This document shows positions 19,733-29,556 of a DNA stretch of 64,000 bases, one piece after another. Below the pieces are notes generated by a model. It was given only the letters and a program-made list of their open reading frames with translations, made no database searches and was not told the origin of the DNA. Source of the stretch: Pirellulaceae bacterium (GTDB lineage Bacteria > Planctomycetota > Planctomycetia > Pirellulales > Pirellulaceae); assembly GCA_045105035.1 (NCBI GenBank), contig JBGCCZ010000134.1, forward strand, positions 153 through 64,152, in the 5' to 3' direction. A program made the position numbers and the translations under genes. Position 1 is the stretch's first letter. The number at the start of each line of letters is the position of its first letter.

Positions 19733-20992
19733 CTACTTGATGCCGCCTCGCGGTCCCAGGATGGCTCCGCGAATGATCGTGGATGGATCTCTTGCAACCT
19801 TGTCCGATAGCACGCGGGCGTCTTCGACGATGGGTTGGAGACGCCGGGTGAGTGTCTCCACGTTCTGCAGCGTATTGATGATCGAGTAGTAGAGTTGCGG
19901 GTCGTCGACGATCTTGGCAAAGGTGCCTTGGCCGTTGTTAATCCGCCTAGCAACTTGATTGACCTGAGTGGTAAGCCCTCTGAGGTCAGTGAGGAAGCGG
20001 TCTAAGTTGCGGATCGTCTGCCGCACTTCGCCGACCATTTCATCGCCTTGCTCTGCGATGGTGCCCGTGATCTGGTTGACGTTCTCAACCGTCTGTGAGA
20101 CTCCGCTCAGTGAGTCGGCAACTTCGTCGATCGTTTCTTCGGCGGTGATTCCAACTCGCTCGAAGGCGTTGGCTGTTTTTTCAAAGGCGGCAACGGTTTC
20201 GCCGACTTGGTTGATGGCTTGATCAGCATCTTCGACAAGCATCGGGAGGCGGTCTGAGATGGTTGCGATGGCGTTCTTCAGCTTCGGGTCGCCAAAAACG
20301 GATTCGATCGAGCTCAACGTGTTGTTGAAGTTCGCGATCGTCGTTTGAACTTGTTGAGTGATTTTGCGGAACTCACCGTCACCACCACCAACGACACCGC
20401 GAATGTCTTGGGCCAATAAGGTGACTTGATTGCCGGCTGTCTCAATGGCACCCATCGTGGAAGCCATGGAGTCTTGCATGTTCAGCAGAGCATCCAGCGG
20501 GTTCGGGGCGACTTTACCGCCTTTGAAGAAATCGCCGTCTTGGATGTAGGCCGCAGAAACTGCTTTTTCTCTCTCATCCAAGATGCCGTCAACGGGTGAG
20601 CCTCCCACGCCGTCGAAACGTGCAATGAGACCTGGAGAATCATCGGCAACGTGAATGAACTCGACGACGGCGTCGCCAGTAATAATCGACCCTGTCCCGA
20701 TGCGTGGTTGCTCTTTGGCACGCACCGGATACTTCGAATCGAGCTCCAGTGTTAAGTTCACGCCATCCTCGCCTTGTAGTTGGACGGTTCGCACGCGACC
20801 AATTTGAACGCCGTTGATGCGGACGGGAGTGTCTGTCGTCACACCCGGTGCTGCTTCAAACTGGATCGTGACCGCATAGCGTCTGGCGAATAGGTTGGGC
20901 GCAGCGCCGAAGAAGAGAACGAGAATGATGGCGATGACCAACGAGGCGATCACCAACACTCCCACACCAAATTTGTAGCCTTGTTCGTCCAT
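19733..20992 (-). CDS. mlaD: MlaD/MCE family protein with long helical region
   Basis: N-terminal TM, 'FEAAPGV...TPVRINGVQIGRV', and a long coiled-coil. Confidence 0.88.
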   Translation of the reverse strand: MDEQGYKFGVGVLVIASLVIAIILVLFFGAAPNLFARRYAVTIQFEAAPGVTTDTPVRINGVQIGRVRTVQLQGEDGVNLTLELDSKYPVRAKEQPRIGTGSIITGDAVVEFIHVADDSPGLIARFDGVGGSPVDGILDEREKAVSAAYIQDGDFFKGGKVAPNPLDALLNMQDSMASTMGAIETAGNQVTLLAQDIRGVVGGGDGEFRKITQQVQTTIANFNNTLSSIESVFGDPKLKNAIATISDRLPMLVEDADQAINQVGETVAAFEKTANAFERVGITAEETIDEVADSLSGVSQTVENVNQITGTIAEQGDEMVGEVRQTIRNLDRFLTDLRGLTTQVNQVARRINNGQGTFAKIVDDPQLYYSIINTLQNVETLTRRLQPIVEDARVLSDKVARDPSTIIRGAILGPRGGIK

Positions 20993-21063
20993 GATTTGCT
21001 CGGCTAGGTTCTCTTGATTCTCTGACAGCTTACTTGGTTGGATGGCTTTGAAGTCAGTATTCG

Positions 21064-22041
21064 TTAGCGAGAGTACTGATCGGATAGATCCGGAGTATCG
21101 CGATACTGGTCCAGTTCACTACGTCGCATTTCCATTAGACGCTCACCCGCTTCACCGTTCACAAATTGCCTTACGCGTTGATCGTCACAATCCTGCAGAT
21201 CTTCGGGCGTACCATCAAAGAGGATTTGTGGCTCGCCTTTACGAAGTCGCGAAAACGGAAACAGCATGACGATGCGATCAGCAACTTTCAGCGCGGACTT
21301 CATGTCATGGGTAATAACCAACGAGGTCACTTTGCCCGAACTGCCGCTTTCCGAACTCCCTTTTGCCAAATTCCCCTTTGCCGAATTCCGCGTGCGCAAC
21401 ATTAACTCGTTAATCACGTCACTCATAATCGGATCGAGTCCGGTTGTGGGTTCGTCGTACAGCATTAGTTCCGGTTCGAGCACTAAAGCTCGTGCGAGGC
21501 CAACACGTTTTCGCATCCCTCCAGACAACTCGGCAGGTCGTTTGAAGGCCACGTTGTCTGGCAGGCCAACTTGAGCCAGCGCGTCACTCACGACTCGTTT
21601 GAGTTGCCGTCCCTTGGCCAAATAATGTTGGACGAGTGGGAAAGCCACGTTTTCGCCAATCGTCATGCTGTCGAACAAAGCGGCGTTTTGAAAGACGAAT
21701 CCAAACCGCCTCCGCAATTCAGTCATGTCAACATCGCCGAGTGCGTTGATATCGCGTCCACCGTAGAGGACTTGGCCGTACGTCGGTTTGATCAAACCCA
21801 CCACGGACTTAAGCAACATAGTTTTTCCGCAACCACTTTCGCCAATGATGACGAGTGTCTGTCCGCGTGGGATACGGAGGTTGAGATTGTTAAGGATTGT
21901 TTGGCCTGCGAACTGAAGTGTCATATCACGCAGTTCAACCAAGATGTCTTCAGACTGCGCAGGGCTTGCCGGCGCATCTTCCTGCTCGGAAGCGGGCGGC
22001 ACATCGGGGTAGTCGTCGATTTTGAACTTCAGTTCAGCCAT
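21064..22041 (-). CDS. mlaF: MlaF-type ABC transporter ATP-binding protein
   Basis: GESGCGKT, FQNAALFDSM, LSGGMRKRVGLARAL, YDEPTTGLDP. Confidence 0.92.
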   Translation of the reverse strand: MAELKFKIDDYPDVPPASEQEDAPASPAQSEDILVELRDMTLQFAGQTILNNLNLRIPRGQTLVIIGESGCGKTMLLKSVVGLIKPTYGQVLYGGRDINALGDVDMTELRRRFGFVFQNAALFDSMTIGENVAFPLVQHYLAKGRQLKRVVSDALAQVGLPDNVAFKRPAELSGGMRKRVGLARALVLEPELMLYDEPTTGLDPIMSDVINELMLRTRNSAKGNLAKGSSESGSSGKVTSLVITHDMKSALKVADRIVMLFPFSRLRKGEPQILFDGTPEDLQDCDDQRVRQFVNGEAGERLMEMRRSELDQYRDTPDLSDQYSR

Positions 22042-22074
22042 TTCGGTTTCAGTCGAGCTCCGAGCGATTTGGTA

Positions 22075-22944
22075 TTAGAGGAGCTTTGCGCCATAGGGCC
22101 AAATCAGGTTGTAGACGGAGTCCAGGAAGATGTTCAGCATTAGATCAATTGCCAAGATCAGGACAAAACTGATTACGAACGCGGCCGTCGCAGCCCGGCC
22201 GACACCCTCCGCCCCGGCTTGGCAGTGAAATCCGCGATAGCAGCTCACGACAGCGATAACTCCGCCGAAGAAGAAGCTCTTGAAGATTCCCATGAAGAAG
22301 TCCCAACCGCCAACGAACTGCCGGCTGTTGTTGAGATATTGGTAGTGGTCGATTCCCAGCATGATCACGCTGTAGAAGTAGCCGCCAACGATGCCCATGA
22401 AGTCCGCCATGATGGTCAAAGCTGGAATTAACAGAATGCATGCCAAAAAACGTGGTACCACTAAGTAGTGGATCGGGTTGGCACCCATGCTGGTTAGTGC
22501 ATCGATCTGTTCCGTGACACGCATCGTTCCTAGAACAGCGGCCATTGCACTGCCAACACGACCAGCTAGCATCGTGGCGGCCAGGACTGGCCCCAGTTCT
22601 CGGACCAGCGACATGTTGATGACCGCGCCAAGCCGACTTTCGAGGCCGATATTGTGAAATTGTGCGTAGCTTTGAACGGCTAAGACCATGCCGATGAACG
22701 TACCCGTCAACGCCACAACTGGCAGACTAAGTACGCCGACGTAATAGAAATTCGGCAGAATTGTGCCCCGCCTGGGCCATGCCGTGAAGAGCCACCAGAA
22801 CATCCTGCCTGCGAAGACGGCCATATCACCGACCGTCGTCATAGCATCGAAGACCATCTCGCCCCAATCGCTAATCCAGCGATAGAGTGGCTCGGGAATC
22901 AATGAGCCTCGGTAGCGTTTGCGAATTGGCGATGCAGAGGACAC
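22075..22944 (-). CDS. mlaE: MlaE-type ABC transporter permease
   Basis: 'RELGPVLAATMLAGRVGSA...GTMRVTEQIDAL', 'GAEGVGRAAT'. Confidence 0.93.
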   Translation of the reverse strand: MSSASPIRKRYRGSLIPEPLYRWISDWGEMVFDAMTTVGDMAVFAGRMFWWLFTAWPRRGTILPNFYYVGVLSLPVVALTGTFIGMVLAVQSYAQFHNIGLESRLGAVINMSLVRELGPVLAATMLAGRVGSAMAAVLGTMRVTEQIDALTSMGANPIHYLVVPRFLACILLIPALTIMADFMGIVGGYFYSVIMLGIDHYQYLNNSRQFVGGWDFFMGIFKSFFFGGVIAVVSCYRGFHCQAGAEGVGRAATAAFVISFVLILAIDLMLNIFLDSVYNLIWPYGAKLL

Positions 22945-23236
22945 TTAGGCTCTCTCGATAGACTCTAAAGACGCAACATGGAAAAACTCAAAGACACAGG
23001 GAGCCGACTTGAAATCGTTTAGGGACAAATACACTGGGCCAAAGCTGAAGTAAGATCCTAGTGAGCTCGGATGCTGGCTAAACTGAAGCGCATCACAGGC
23101 AAACTGCTGTTAAAGTTTATCGGTTACGTAGAGCCTGCGGCTTGAGCTTGTGTGGCCGAGAGCCGGTGTCTGACGTCCAGGCGCCGGTCAAGGCAATGAT
23201 TTTTTCGCGATTTCAACCCAACGAACGCTTCCCGCC

Positions 23237-24028
23237 ATGAGCCAGGAATCCAGCAGTAATCAGAACAGCCAGGCGGGTTCGGACCGAGTGGATCAGAACG
23301 AGTTCAAGCGCGATGGTGCGACGACCTGCGATCGTTCAGGCCCACTGCGTTTTGATGTGATTACGCTTTTTCCGCAGATCTTCCCCGGCTATTTGGGAGA
23401 GAGTTTGCTAGCAAAAGCCATCGAACGGGGGCTAGTGGAAGTCTGCGTTCACAATATGCGGGACTGGTCACGCGACAAGCATCACAAAGTCGACGCGCCT
23501 CCTTATGGTGGCGGCCCGGGCATGCTGCTCCAAGTGGAACCGGTCGTCGAGTGCGTGGAAGCGGTGCGGGCCCTGGCCGACGAGCCTGGCGAGTTGCTGG
23601 TGATGAGTCCGCAAGGCGAGTCTTTGCATCAGTCGATGATGCCAGCATTTGCTCAGCAGTCTCGGATCATCTTGCTCTGTGGTCGCTACGAAGGATTCGA
23701 TCAGCGAGTGATGGAGATCTTGCAACCTAGGGAAATCAGCCTCGGCGACTTTGTGTTGAACGGCGGAGAAGTTGCTGCAATGGCGATTATCGAAGGAGCC
23801 ATTCGACTAGTTCCTGGAGTCTTAGGCGATGCAATGAGCAGTCAGGAAGATTCGTTTTCTGATGAGGATTTGCTCGAATTCCCCCAGTACACGCGACCAC
23901 GCGAGTTTCGCGGCCAATCGGTGCCTGATGTTTTGCTCAGCGGCAATCACGCTGAGATCGCGAAGTGGCGTGCCGAACAACGACGCTCGCGCACTGCAGC
24001 GCGTCGGAGCGATCTTCTAGACGAATAG
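23237..24028 (+). CDS. trmD: tRNA (guanine-N1)-methyltransferase
   Basis: FDVITLFP, VDAPPYGGGPGM, CGRYEGFDQR, SLGDFVLNGGE, PQYTRP, LLSGNH. Confidence 0.97.
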   Translation: MSQESSSNQNSQAGSDRVDQNEFKRDGATTCDRSGPLRFDVITLFPQIFPGYLGESLLAKAIERGLVEVCVHNMRDWSRDKHHKVDAPPYGGGPGMLLQVEPVVECVEAVRALADEPGELLVMSPQGESLHQSMMPAFAQQSRIILLCGRYEGFDQRVMEILQPREISLGDFVLNGGEVAAMAIIEGAIRLVPGVLGDAMSSQEDSFSDEDLLEFPQYTRPREFRGQSVPDVLLSGNHAEIAKWRAEQRRSRTAARRSDLLDE

Positions 24029-24112
24029 AGCCAGCGATTGCTAGCTAGGCGACTGTCGCGAGTGACTCTCCTCTCCTAGCTCTCTTTTGGCAGCGTTGAA
24101 AACGCCCTTGCG

Positions 24113-25651
24113 GTGGAGCGCACACGTCGCGAAACTCCGCGGAAATATAGGGTCTGTTCCAAGGAAGGGAATCCATTGGCAACTCGCATATCTCCTCTCA
24201 TGGCTTGGGCTGCGGCGTTTGTACTTCTGGGCTCGATTGCCAATGGGCAGCCGCGGCCACCGTCCGAAGTACGTTTGCTTTACTTCACGGCACCGTGGTG
24301 TGGTCCCTGTCAGCAGATGAAGCCCGCGCTCCAACACTTGCAGCACGCAGGCTGGCAAATTGATTCAGTTGATTCTGATCGGCAGCCTCAATTGGTCGAG
24401 CGCTTCGAAGTTCGCAACCTGCCGACCATGGTGATCGTTGGACCGAGCGGTGAAATTGACCGTATCGTCGGCGTGACGGAAGTTGGGCAAGTCGAGCGAC
24501 GGCTCAAACGTGCGGCCGCCAGATACGCACGACCGGCCGACCTGACTTCGCGAGCTTCGTCACCGCCCGAATCCAGTGCCGCGCGGCTAGCCTCCGGACA
24601 GCCAAACCCCGCCACGCTTTCGACAACCACGCTGGGCGGCATGACGGTTCGTGGCCAATCGCCCGGGCTAAAAGGCACATTGGCATCTGCCAACAAAGCA
24701 CTCCAGGCCGGTGTGTCATTGGCTTCGGCGGTATCCAAGATCACTCCGCAGCAGGCGTGGGCGCGAGCTGCCGCGGCTACCGTACGGATTCGTGTCGATG
24801 AGGGCAATGCGACGGCTCATGGTACGGGAACCATTGTCGATACACACGGCGATGAAGCACTGGTCCTCACCTGTGGGCACCTCTTTCGCGACATGCGGCC
24901 GGGGACTCAGATCTCCGTCGATCTGTTTGCCGGAACGCCCAGTGAGATCAATTTGCCCGCACAACTTATTGACTTCCGTGCCGAAGAGGAAGACATCGGT
25001 CTGATCTCATTTCGTTTACCGGTTTCGGTTGCACCAGTACCGCTTCTGCCACGCGGACTAACGCCATCGCAAAACCAACCCGTTTTCAGTTTCGGATGCG
25101 ATCATGGCCAAAATCCGACGCGGCGCGATACACAGATTTTGAGCATCAACCGCTATCTCGGTGCCGAGAATATTGAGATCGCGGGGGCACCTGCAGTTGG
25201 ACGTAGTGGTGGTGGGTTGTTTGATATGGACGGGCGATTGATCGGTGTTTGCAATGCGGCGGACGCGGGCGAGGACCAAGGTATCTACGCCTCGGCTTCG
25301 GTTATTTACAATCAAATCGACCGATTGGGACTAGGGCATTTGTTCCGTGAGAGCGCTCCCACAGAAAGCGGTTCCGACGCAGCACAACCGGCCGCGTCTT
25401 TAGCTTCGGCTGTTCGGCCAGTGGAACCTACCCAAGCGCATGCCTGGCCTGATACACAGCTCGATCCTGCCGTTTCAGCAGGATCAACCAGGTCTGCAAC
25501 GCCGGGCATCAATGCGAGTGAAATGCCGTCAAATTCTCAGCAGCTAATTTGTGTGGTTCGCAGCGCCGATGGGCAAGAAAAGAGGGTCACCATCAACGAG
25601 CCTTCGCAACAATTGCTGGATACCATTCAGAGGGCTGCCAGCCCCCGCTAG
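24113..25651 (+). CDS. Secreted thioredoxin / trypsin-like serine protease fusion
   Basis: Signal-like N-terminus (start probably ~24176-24200), WCGPC, and triad motifs LTCGH / DIGL / GRSGG. Confidence 0.88.
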   Translation: MERTRRETPRKYRVCSKEGNPLATRISPLMAWAAAFVLLGSIANGQPRPPSEVRLLYFTAPWCGPCQQMKPALQHLQHAGWQIDSVDSDRQPQLVERFEVRNLPTMVIVGPSGEIDRIVGVTEVGQVERRLKRAAARYARPADLTSRASSPPESSAARLASGQPNPATLSTTTLGGMTVRGQSPGLKGTLASANKALQAGVSLASAVSKITPQQAWARAAAATVRIRVDEGNATAHGTGTIVDTHGDEALVLTCGHLFRDMRPGTQISVDLFAGTPSEINLPAQLIDFRAEEEDIGLISFRLPVSVAPVPLLPRGLTPSQNQPVFSFGCDHGQNPTRRDTQILSINRYLGAENIEIAGAPAVGRSGGGLFDMDGRLIGVCNAADAGEDQGIYASASVIYNQIDRLGLGHLFRESAPTESGSDAAQPAASLASAVRPVEPTQAHAWPDTQLDPAVSAGSTRSATPGINASEMPSNSQQLICVVRSADGQEKRVTINEPSQQLLDTIQRAASPR

Positions 25652-26157
25652 GCATCTTGCCGTTCTGAAGCGGTGTGTTTGGTAGTTTGGTCACTCACTT
25701 TTTCGACGGCTTCTAACTGCAACTCACGCGAGGCTTGGCTTGTAAGCCACAAGAGCAACAGGCCTCCGCACATAATCGGTGGGCCTTCGAACCAGGTCCA
25801 AAGGGGCGGCATCGGGGCGAGCAAGTCGGTGCCCAGCAAGACGCCACCGCAGAATAGGTTTAAAAAACCGATCAACCAAACCAATGGCAGAAAGCGTCTT
25901 ACGTCGAATGACGCCAGAAGGACGACGCAGCCGTGTGCGAAGTACATCGCGGACGTCGAACGCGCCAAATATTCAAAGATGGGTTCGGTCGGAATAGGTC
26001 CCAAGCTCGCTTTGGCGTGTAGCCAATCCATCCATGTCAGTGGGAAGAAGATCGGGACGAACGCCAGGCAAATGGACCCTCCGATGATTCGGAGAAGCCA
26101 GGTTGTGAGTACTTGATACCGCTGATTATTCATGGACTTGATCGTACTCGATACCAA
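25648..26157 (-). CDS. Hypothetical membrane protein (~4 TM)
   Basis: Hydrophobic ORF with 'EYLARSTSAMY' and 'PLWTWFEGP'. Confidence 0.7.
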   Translation of the reverse strand: MVSSTIKSMNNQRYQVLTTWLLRIIGGSICLAFVPIFFPLTWMDWLHAKASLGPIPTEPIFEYLARSTSAMYFAHGCVVLLASFDVRRFLPLVWLIGFLNLFCGGVLLGTDLLAPMPPLWTWFEGPPIMCGGLLLLWLTSQASRELQLEAVEKVSDQTTKHTASERQDA

Positions 26158-26386
26158 GACATCGCAGGTTAATTGGTGAAACTCGTCCAGGTCTCTAGCA
26201 TCTGGTCGGACGGGCTGAGATTGGCGTACCCTTCGCCAGCCAATTCTCCTTATAATCTCTGACCGAGCGGGATACCGCCAGACCGCGCAGACCTTTCGGT
26301 CTGTCAGGCCTCTGGACGGGTATTACCTGCAACCCAAATAGCCTCAAGTAGTAGGCGCCCTGATCTTCACGGATGGAGAATTTACC

Positions 26387-28012
26387 TTGGCTAGTGTGTT
26401 ACCAATGACCGGCGAATCGCCGGATTCAACTTTGACGAATCAAGACATGAGTGTGCAGCACAACATCCGGGTTTACAACACGTTGACTCGACAGAAAGAG
26501 CCGTTCGAGACGATCGAAGCGGGACGAGTCGGCATGTATTTGTGTGGTCCAACGGTCTATGCCGAAGCTCACATTGGTCACATGGTCGGGCCTGTGATTT
26601 TCGACACGATCAAGCGCTACTTGGTGTACAGCGGTTTTGATGTCAATTGGGTCGTAAACATCACGGACGTCGATGACAAACTCATTGCGGCTTCGACGAA
26701 ACGCGGCATTCCCATGTCGCAGGTCGCGACGGAAATGACCATGGACTATCTCGCCAACCTGCAGGCGCTCGGAGTTGACCAGATCAACTCGATGCCGCGG
26801 GCGACGGATAATATGGACGAAATTATTGCGTTCATCGAAGAGCTGATTGAAAAGGACTTTGCGTACGCATCGGATGGCGATGTTTTCTTCGATGTTACGC
26901 GTGATCCCGAGTACGGGCAGCTTAGTAATCGATCGGTGGATGATCAACAAGGCGAAGGTGGCGGAGCTGCGGCGAAGAAGCGCTCCGCAGGTGACTTTGC
27001 ACTTTGGAAGTCTGCCAAGCCTGGACAGCCGAGTTGGGAGAGTCCGTGGGGGCAGGGTAGACCGGGCTGGCACATTGAATGCTCGGCGATGAGTCGTCGG
27101 ATTCTAGGGAAGACTTTCGATATCCACGGTGGTGGACTCGATCTGATGTTCCCGCACCACGAAAACGAATTGGCGCAGAGTCGTTGCTGTCACGGGCAAC
27201 CGATGGTTCGCTATTGGATGCACAACGGGCTGATGCAACGTGAGGGAGCGGCGGCCAAGTTGGGTGGCCGTGGAGACCGAGAGCAGTCGGAGGAAACTTC
27301 GGCGTCGAACAAAATTAGCCGCAGCGCGGGCGACGGCGGTCTAGCAACGTTGATCGAGGAACAAACCGGAGAACGCATCCGCTTCTTCCTGCTTCGCTCT
27401 CAGTACCGGAGCACGATCCTGTTTGGCGATGAAGCACTGGCAGAAGCTGGCCAAGCACTTGGGACATTTTATCGACTGATCGAGCGCTTCGAGAGGATTT
27501 CAGGAACGTCTTTCTACAATGACTTTGAAGTCTGTAAGTCGCGATCCGAGGGGGATGCCCGCATGGCCTCCGTGACGGGAGACTTGATGGACGAAGTGAA
27601 GCAGAAGCGTGCTTCGTTCCTAGAGAAAATGGATGACGATTTCAACACGGGCGGTGCCGTTAGCGAACTGTTCGAAATGGCTCGCGCGACGAATCGTTTC
27701 ATCGAAAAGTCTGACTTGGAAGACTCCAAGAAACGCTCTCCTGAGGCAATGGAGACTTTAGGTTCTGCGATGAGCGTCCTGCGCGAGCTGGGCGGAATCT
27801 TAGGCGTGTTTGCCAAGCCACCGAAGGCAAGCGGTGGTGACGACGGAGATGGCGAAGTCGTTGATGGGCTGATGCAATTAGTCATCAAACTGCGTGCGGA
27901 CGCACGAGCGAACAAGGACTTTGCAACTTCGGATACGATCCGTGACGGGTTGGGAGCCCTTGGGATCGCACTTAAAGATCTCAAAGAGGGAACGACTTGG
28001 GAAAAGTCGTAG
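26387..28012 (+). CDS. cysS: Cysteine--tRNA ligase
   Basis: [54 protein letters not shown]. Confidence 0.97.
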   Translation: MASVLPMTGESPDSTLTNQDMSVQHNIRVYNTLTRQKEPFETIEAGRVGMYLCGPTVYAEAHIGHMVGPVIFDTIKRYLVYSGFDVNWVVNITDVDDKLIAASTKRGIPMSQVATEMTMDYLANLQALGVDQINSMPRATDNMDEIIAFIEELIEKDFAYASDGDVFFDVTRDPEYGQLSNRSVDDQQGEGGGAAAKKRSAGDFALWKSAKPGQPSWESPWGQGRPGWHIECSAMSRRILGKTFDIHGGGLDLMFPHHENELAQSRCCHGQPMVRYWMHNGLMQREGAAAKLGGRGDREQSEETSASNKISRSAGDGGLATLIEEQTGERIRFFLLRSQYRSTILFGDEALAEAGQALGTFYRLIERFERISGTSFYNDFEVCKSRSEGDARMASVTGDLMDEVKQKRASFLEKMDDDFNTGGAVSELFEMARATNRFIEKSDLEDSKKRSPEAMETLGSAMSVLRELGGILGVFAKPPKASGGDDGDGEVVDGLMQLVIKLRADARANKDFATSDTIRDGLGALGIALKDLKEGTTWEKS

Positions 28013-28086
28013 CGCGCTCAGTCGATTCTCAGTGTGTCTCCTCGATCGTGGCGACCACTCGTACATAATGATGGTGGAGGCCAAGG

Positions 28087-28749
28087 ATGGGGTTATCGAC
28101 GCGGGGCACCGACTCCGAGCAGAAATCTCCCGATGAAACACCCGCGGCTTCGAAAGTTGCCGCTTCGGGGCGACTGACGCTTGGAATTGATCCTGCCTTG
28201 GGAACCACCGGCTACGGCTTAATCCGCTGGACTTCGGCGTCGGTCGAGGTCGTCGATGCGGGCATCGTGCGTTGCCGTCGCGATCGTCCACTGGAAGATC
28301 GCCTTAAAGAGCTGTACGAAGGCATCGATGAGATCGTCCGAGAGTTCTCGCCGGATGACTTCGCAATTGAAGAGTTGTATTCCCACTACGATCGGCCAAC
28401 GACGGCGATTTTGATGGGCCATGCTCGTGGGGTAATTCTTTTGGCCGCGCGGCAATCGGGCTTGGCCGTTAGTTCGTATGCAGCGACGAAAATTAAGAAG
28501 ACGTTGACTGGAAACGGGCGAGCGAGCAAGGCACAAATGCAACTAGCCGTGCAACATCAGCTCCGCTTGGCCTCGTTGCCAGAGCCTTCGGACGTCGCTG
28601 ACGCGCTGGCCATTGCGATGACACACATTCAGAACTCGCAAATCCCCTCTGCCAGCGTTGATCTATTAACTGGCAGTTCCCGTACGGTGCGACAGGCCTT
28701 GAATGGCCAAGCAGTAAGTTCGGTGTCACCCTTGGCTCCGCGAAAGTGA
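28087..28749 (+). CDS. ruvC: Holliday junction resolvase
   Basis: LGIDP, AIEE, GHARGV, GNGRASKAQ, DVADALAIA. Confidence 0.95.
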   Translation: MGLSTRGTDSEQKSPDETPAASKVAASGRLTLGIDPALGTTGYGLIRWTSASVEVVDAGIVRCRRDRPLEDRLKELYEGIDEIVREFSPDDFAIEELYSHYDRPTTAILMGHARGVILLAARQSGLAVSSYAATKIKKTLTGNGRASKAQMQLAVQHQLRLASLPEPSDVADALAIAMTHIQNSQIPSASVDLLTGSSRTVRQALNGQAVSSVSPLAPRK

Positions 28750-28860
28750 TCTCGCCTGTCAAGCTTAGGCTTGCGCGATCCCTCGCTTTGAAGTTGGGTG
28801 TAATTTGCCGGTGGAATCTACAACAAGAATCTTCTCCTTTTTCAAGAACAAAGATCGTTC

Positions 28861-29496
28861 ATGATTACAAAAATCACGGGCAAACTGGCGGCGCTCTCGG
28901 ATGATGCGGCCACGCTGGCCGTTTCGCCGATGGAGTACGAAGTATTGATTGCCGAGTTTACGCGTCGGCACCTGCAATCGCAGATCAACGAGGATGTGAC
29001 TCTCCACACGATCCACTATATCGATGGCAGCATCAAATCAGGCGGACGCTTGACGCCTCGTTTAATTGGTTTCCTAACGACGCCTGAACGCGATTTCTTC
29101 GAGTTGATTTGTTCGGTCAGTGGTGTTGGCGTGAAGATGGCGCTGCGTGCGATGACTCAACCCGTTCAAGACACGGCGGTGATGATCGAGCAACAAGACG
29201 CCAAGGGCTTGAGCAGACTGCCTGGAATTGGTCCGTCAACGGCGGAGAGTATCATTGCGAAGCTGCGTCGTAAGATGCCGAAGTTTGCGCTCTTAGTTCG
29301 AAGAGAATCCCCAGTCGATGGCGTTAAGACTGCCGAAGACGGGGTGGTCGAAGACACGTTCCAAGCGCTTTTGGCACTTGGGCACGCTGAATCCGACGCG
29401 CGGCAGTTGATCGAGTCCACCTTGGCGGCGGGCGCCAAAGCCAAGGACTCCGAATCGCTCATCCAAGATATATACAAGCGCCAATTCTCAAGATGA
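28861..29496 (+). CDS. ruvA: Holliday junction branch migration protein
   Basis: MITKITG OB-fold start, HhH motifs VSGVGVK and LPGIGP, C-terminal 'ALLALG'. Confidence 0.93.
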   Translation: MITKITGKLAALSDDAATLAVSPMEYEVLIAEFTRRHLQSQINEDVTLHTIHYIDGSIKSGGRLTPRLIGFLTTPERDFFELICSVSGVGVKMALRAMTQPVQDTAVMIEQQDAKGLSRLPGIGPSTAESIIAKLRRKMPKFALLVRRESPVDGVKTAEDGVVEDTFQALLALGHAESDARQLIESTLAAGAKAKDSESLIQDIYKRQFSR

Positions 29497-29556
29497 ACTC
29501 ATCAAGTTCAATAGCTGGGCTCGAGATAGTCGCTTTCGCGAGCGAGAGTTTTTTGA

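Noticed and set aside
23117-23145. Sigma-28-like promoter (TCAAG...CCGATAA) on the minus strand upstream of mlaE
   Set aside because: Spacing is longer than the consensus, and there is no supporting evidence.
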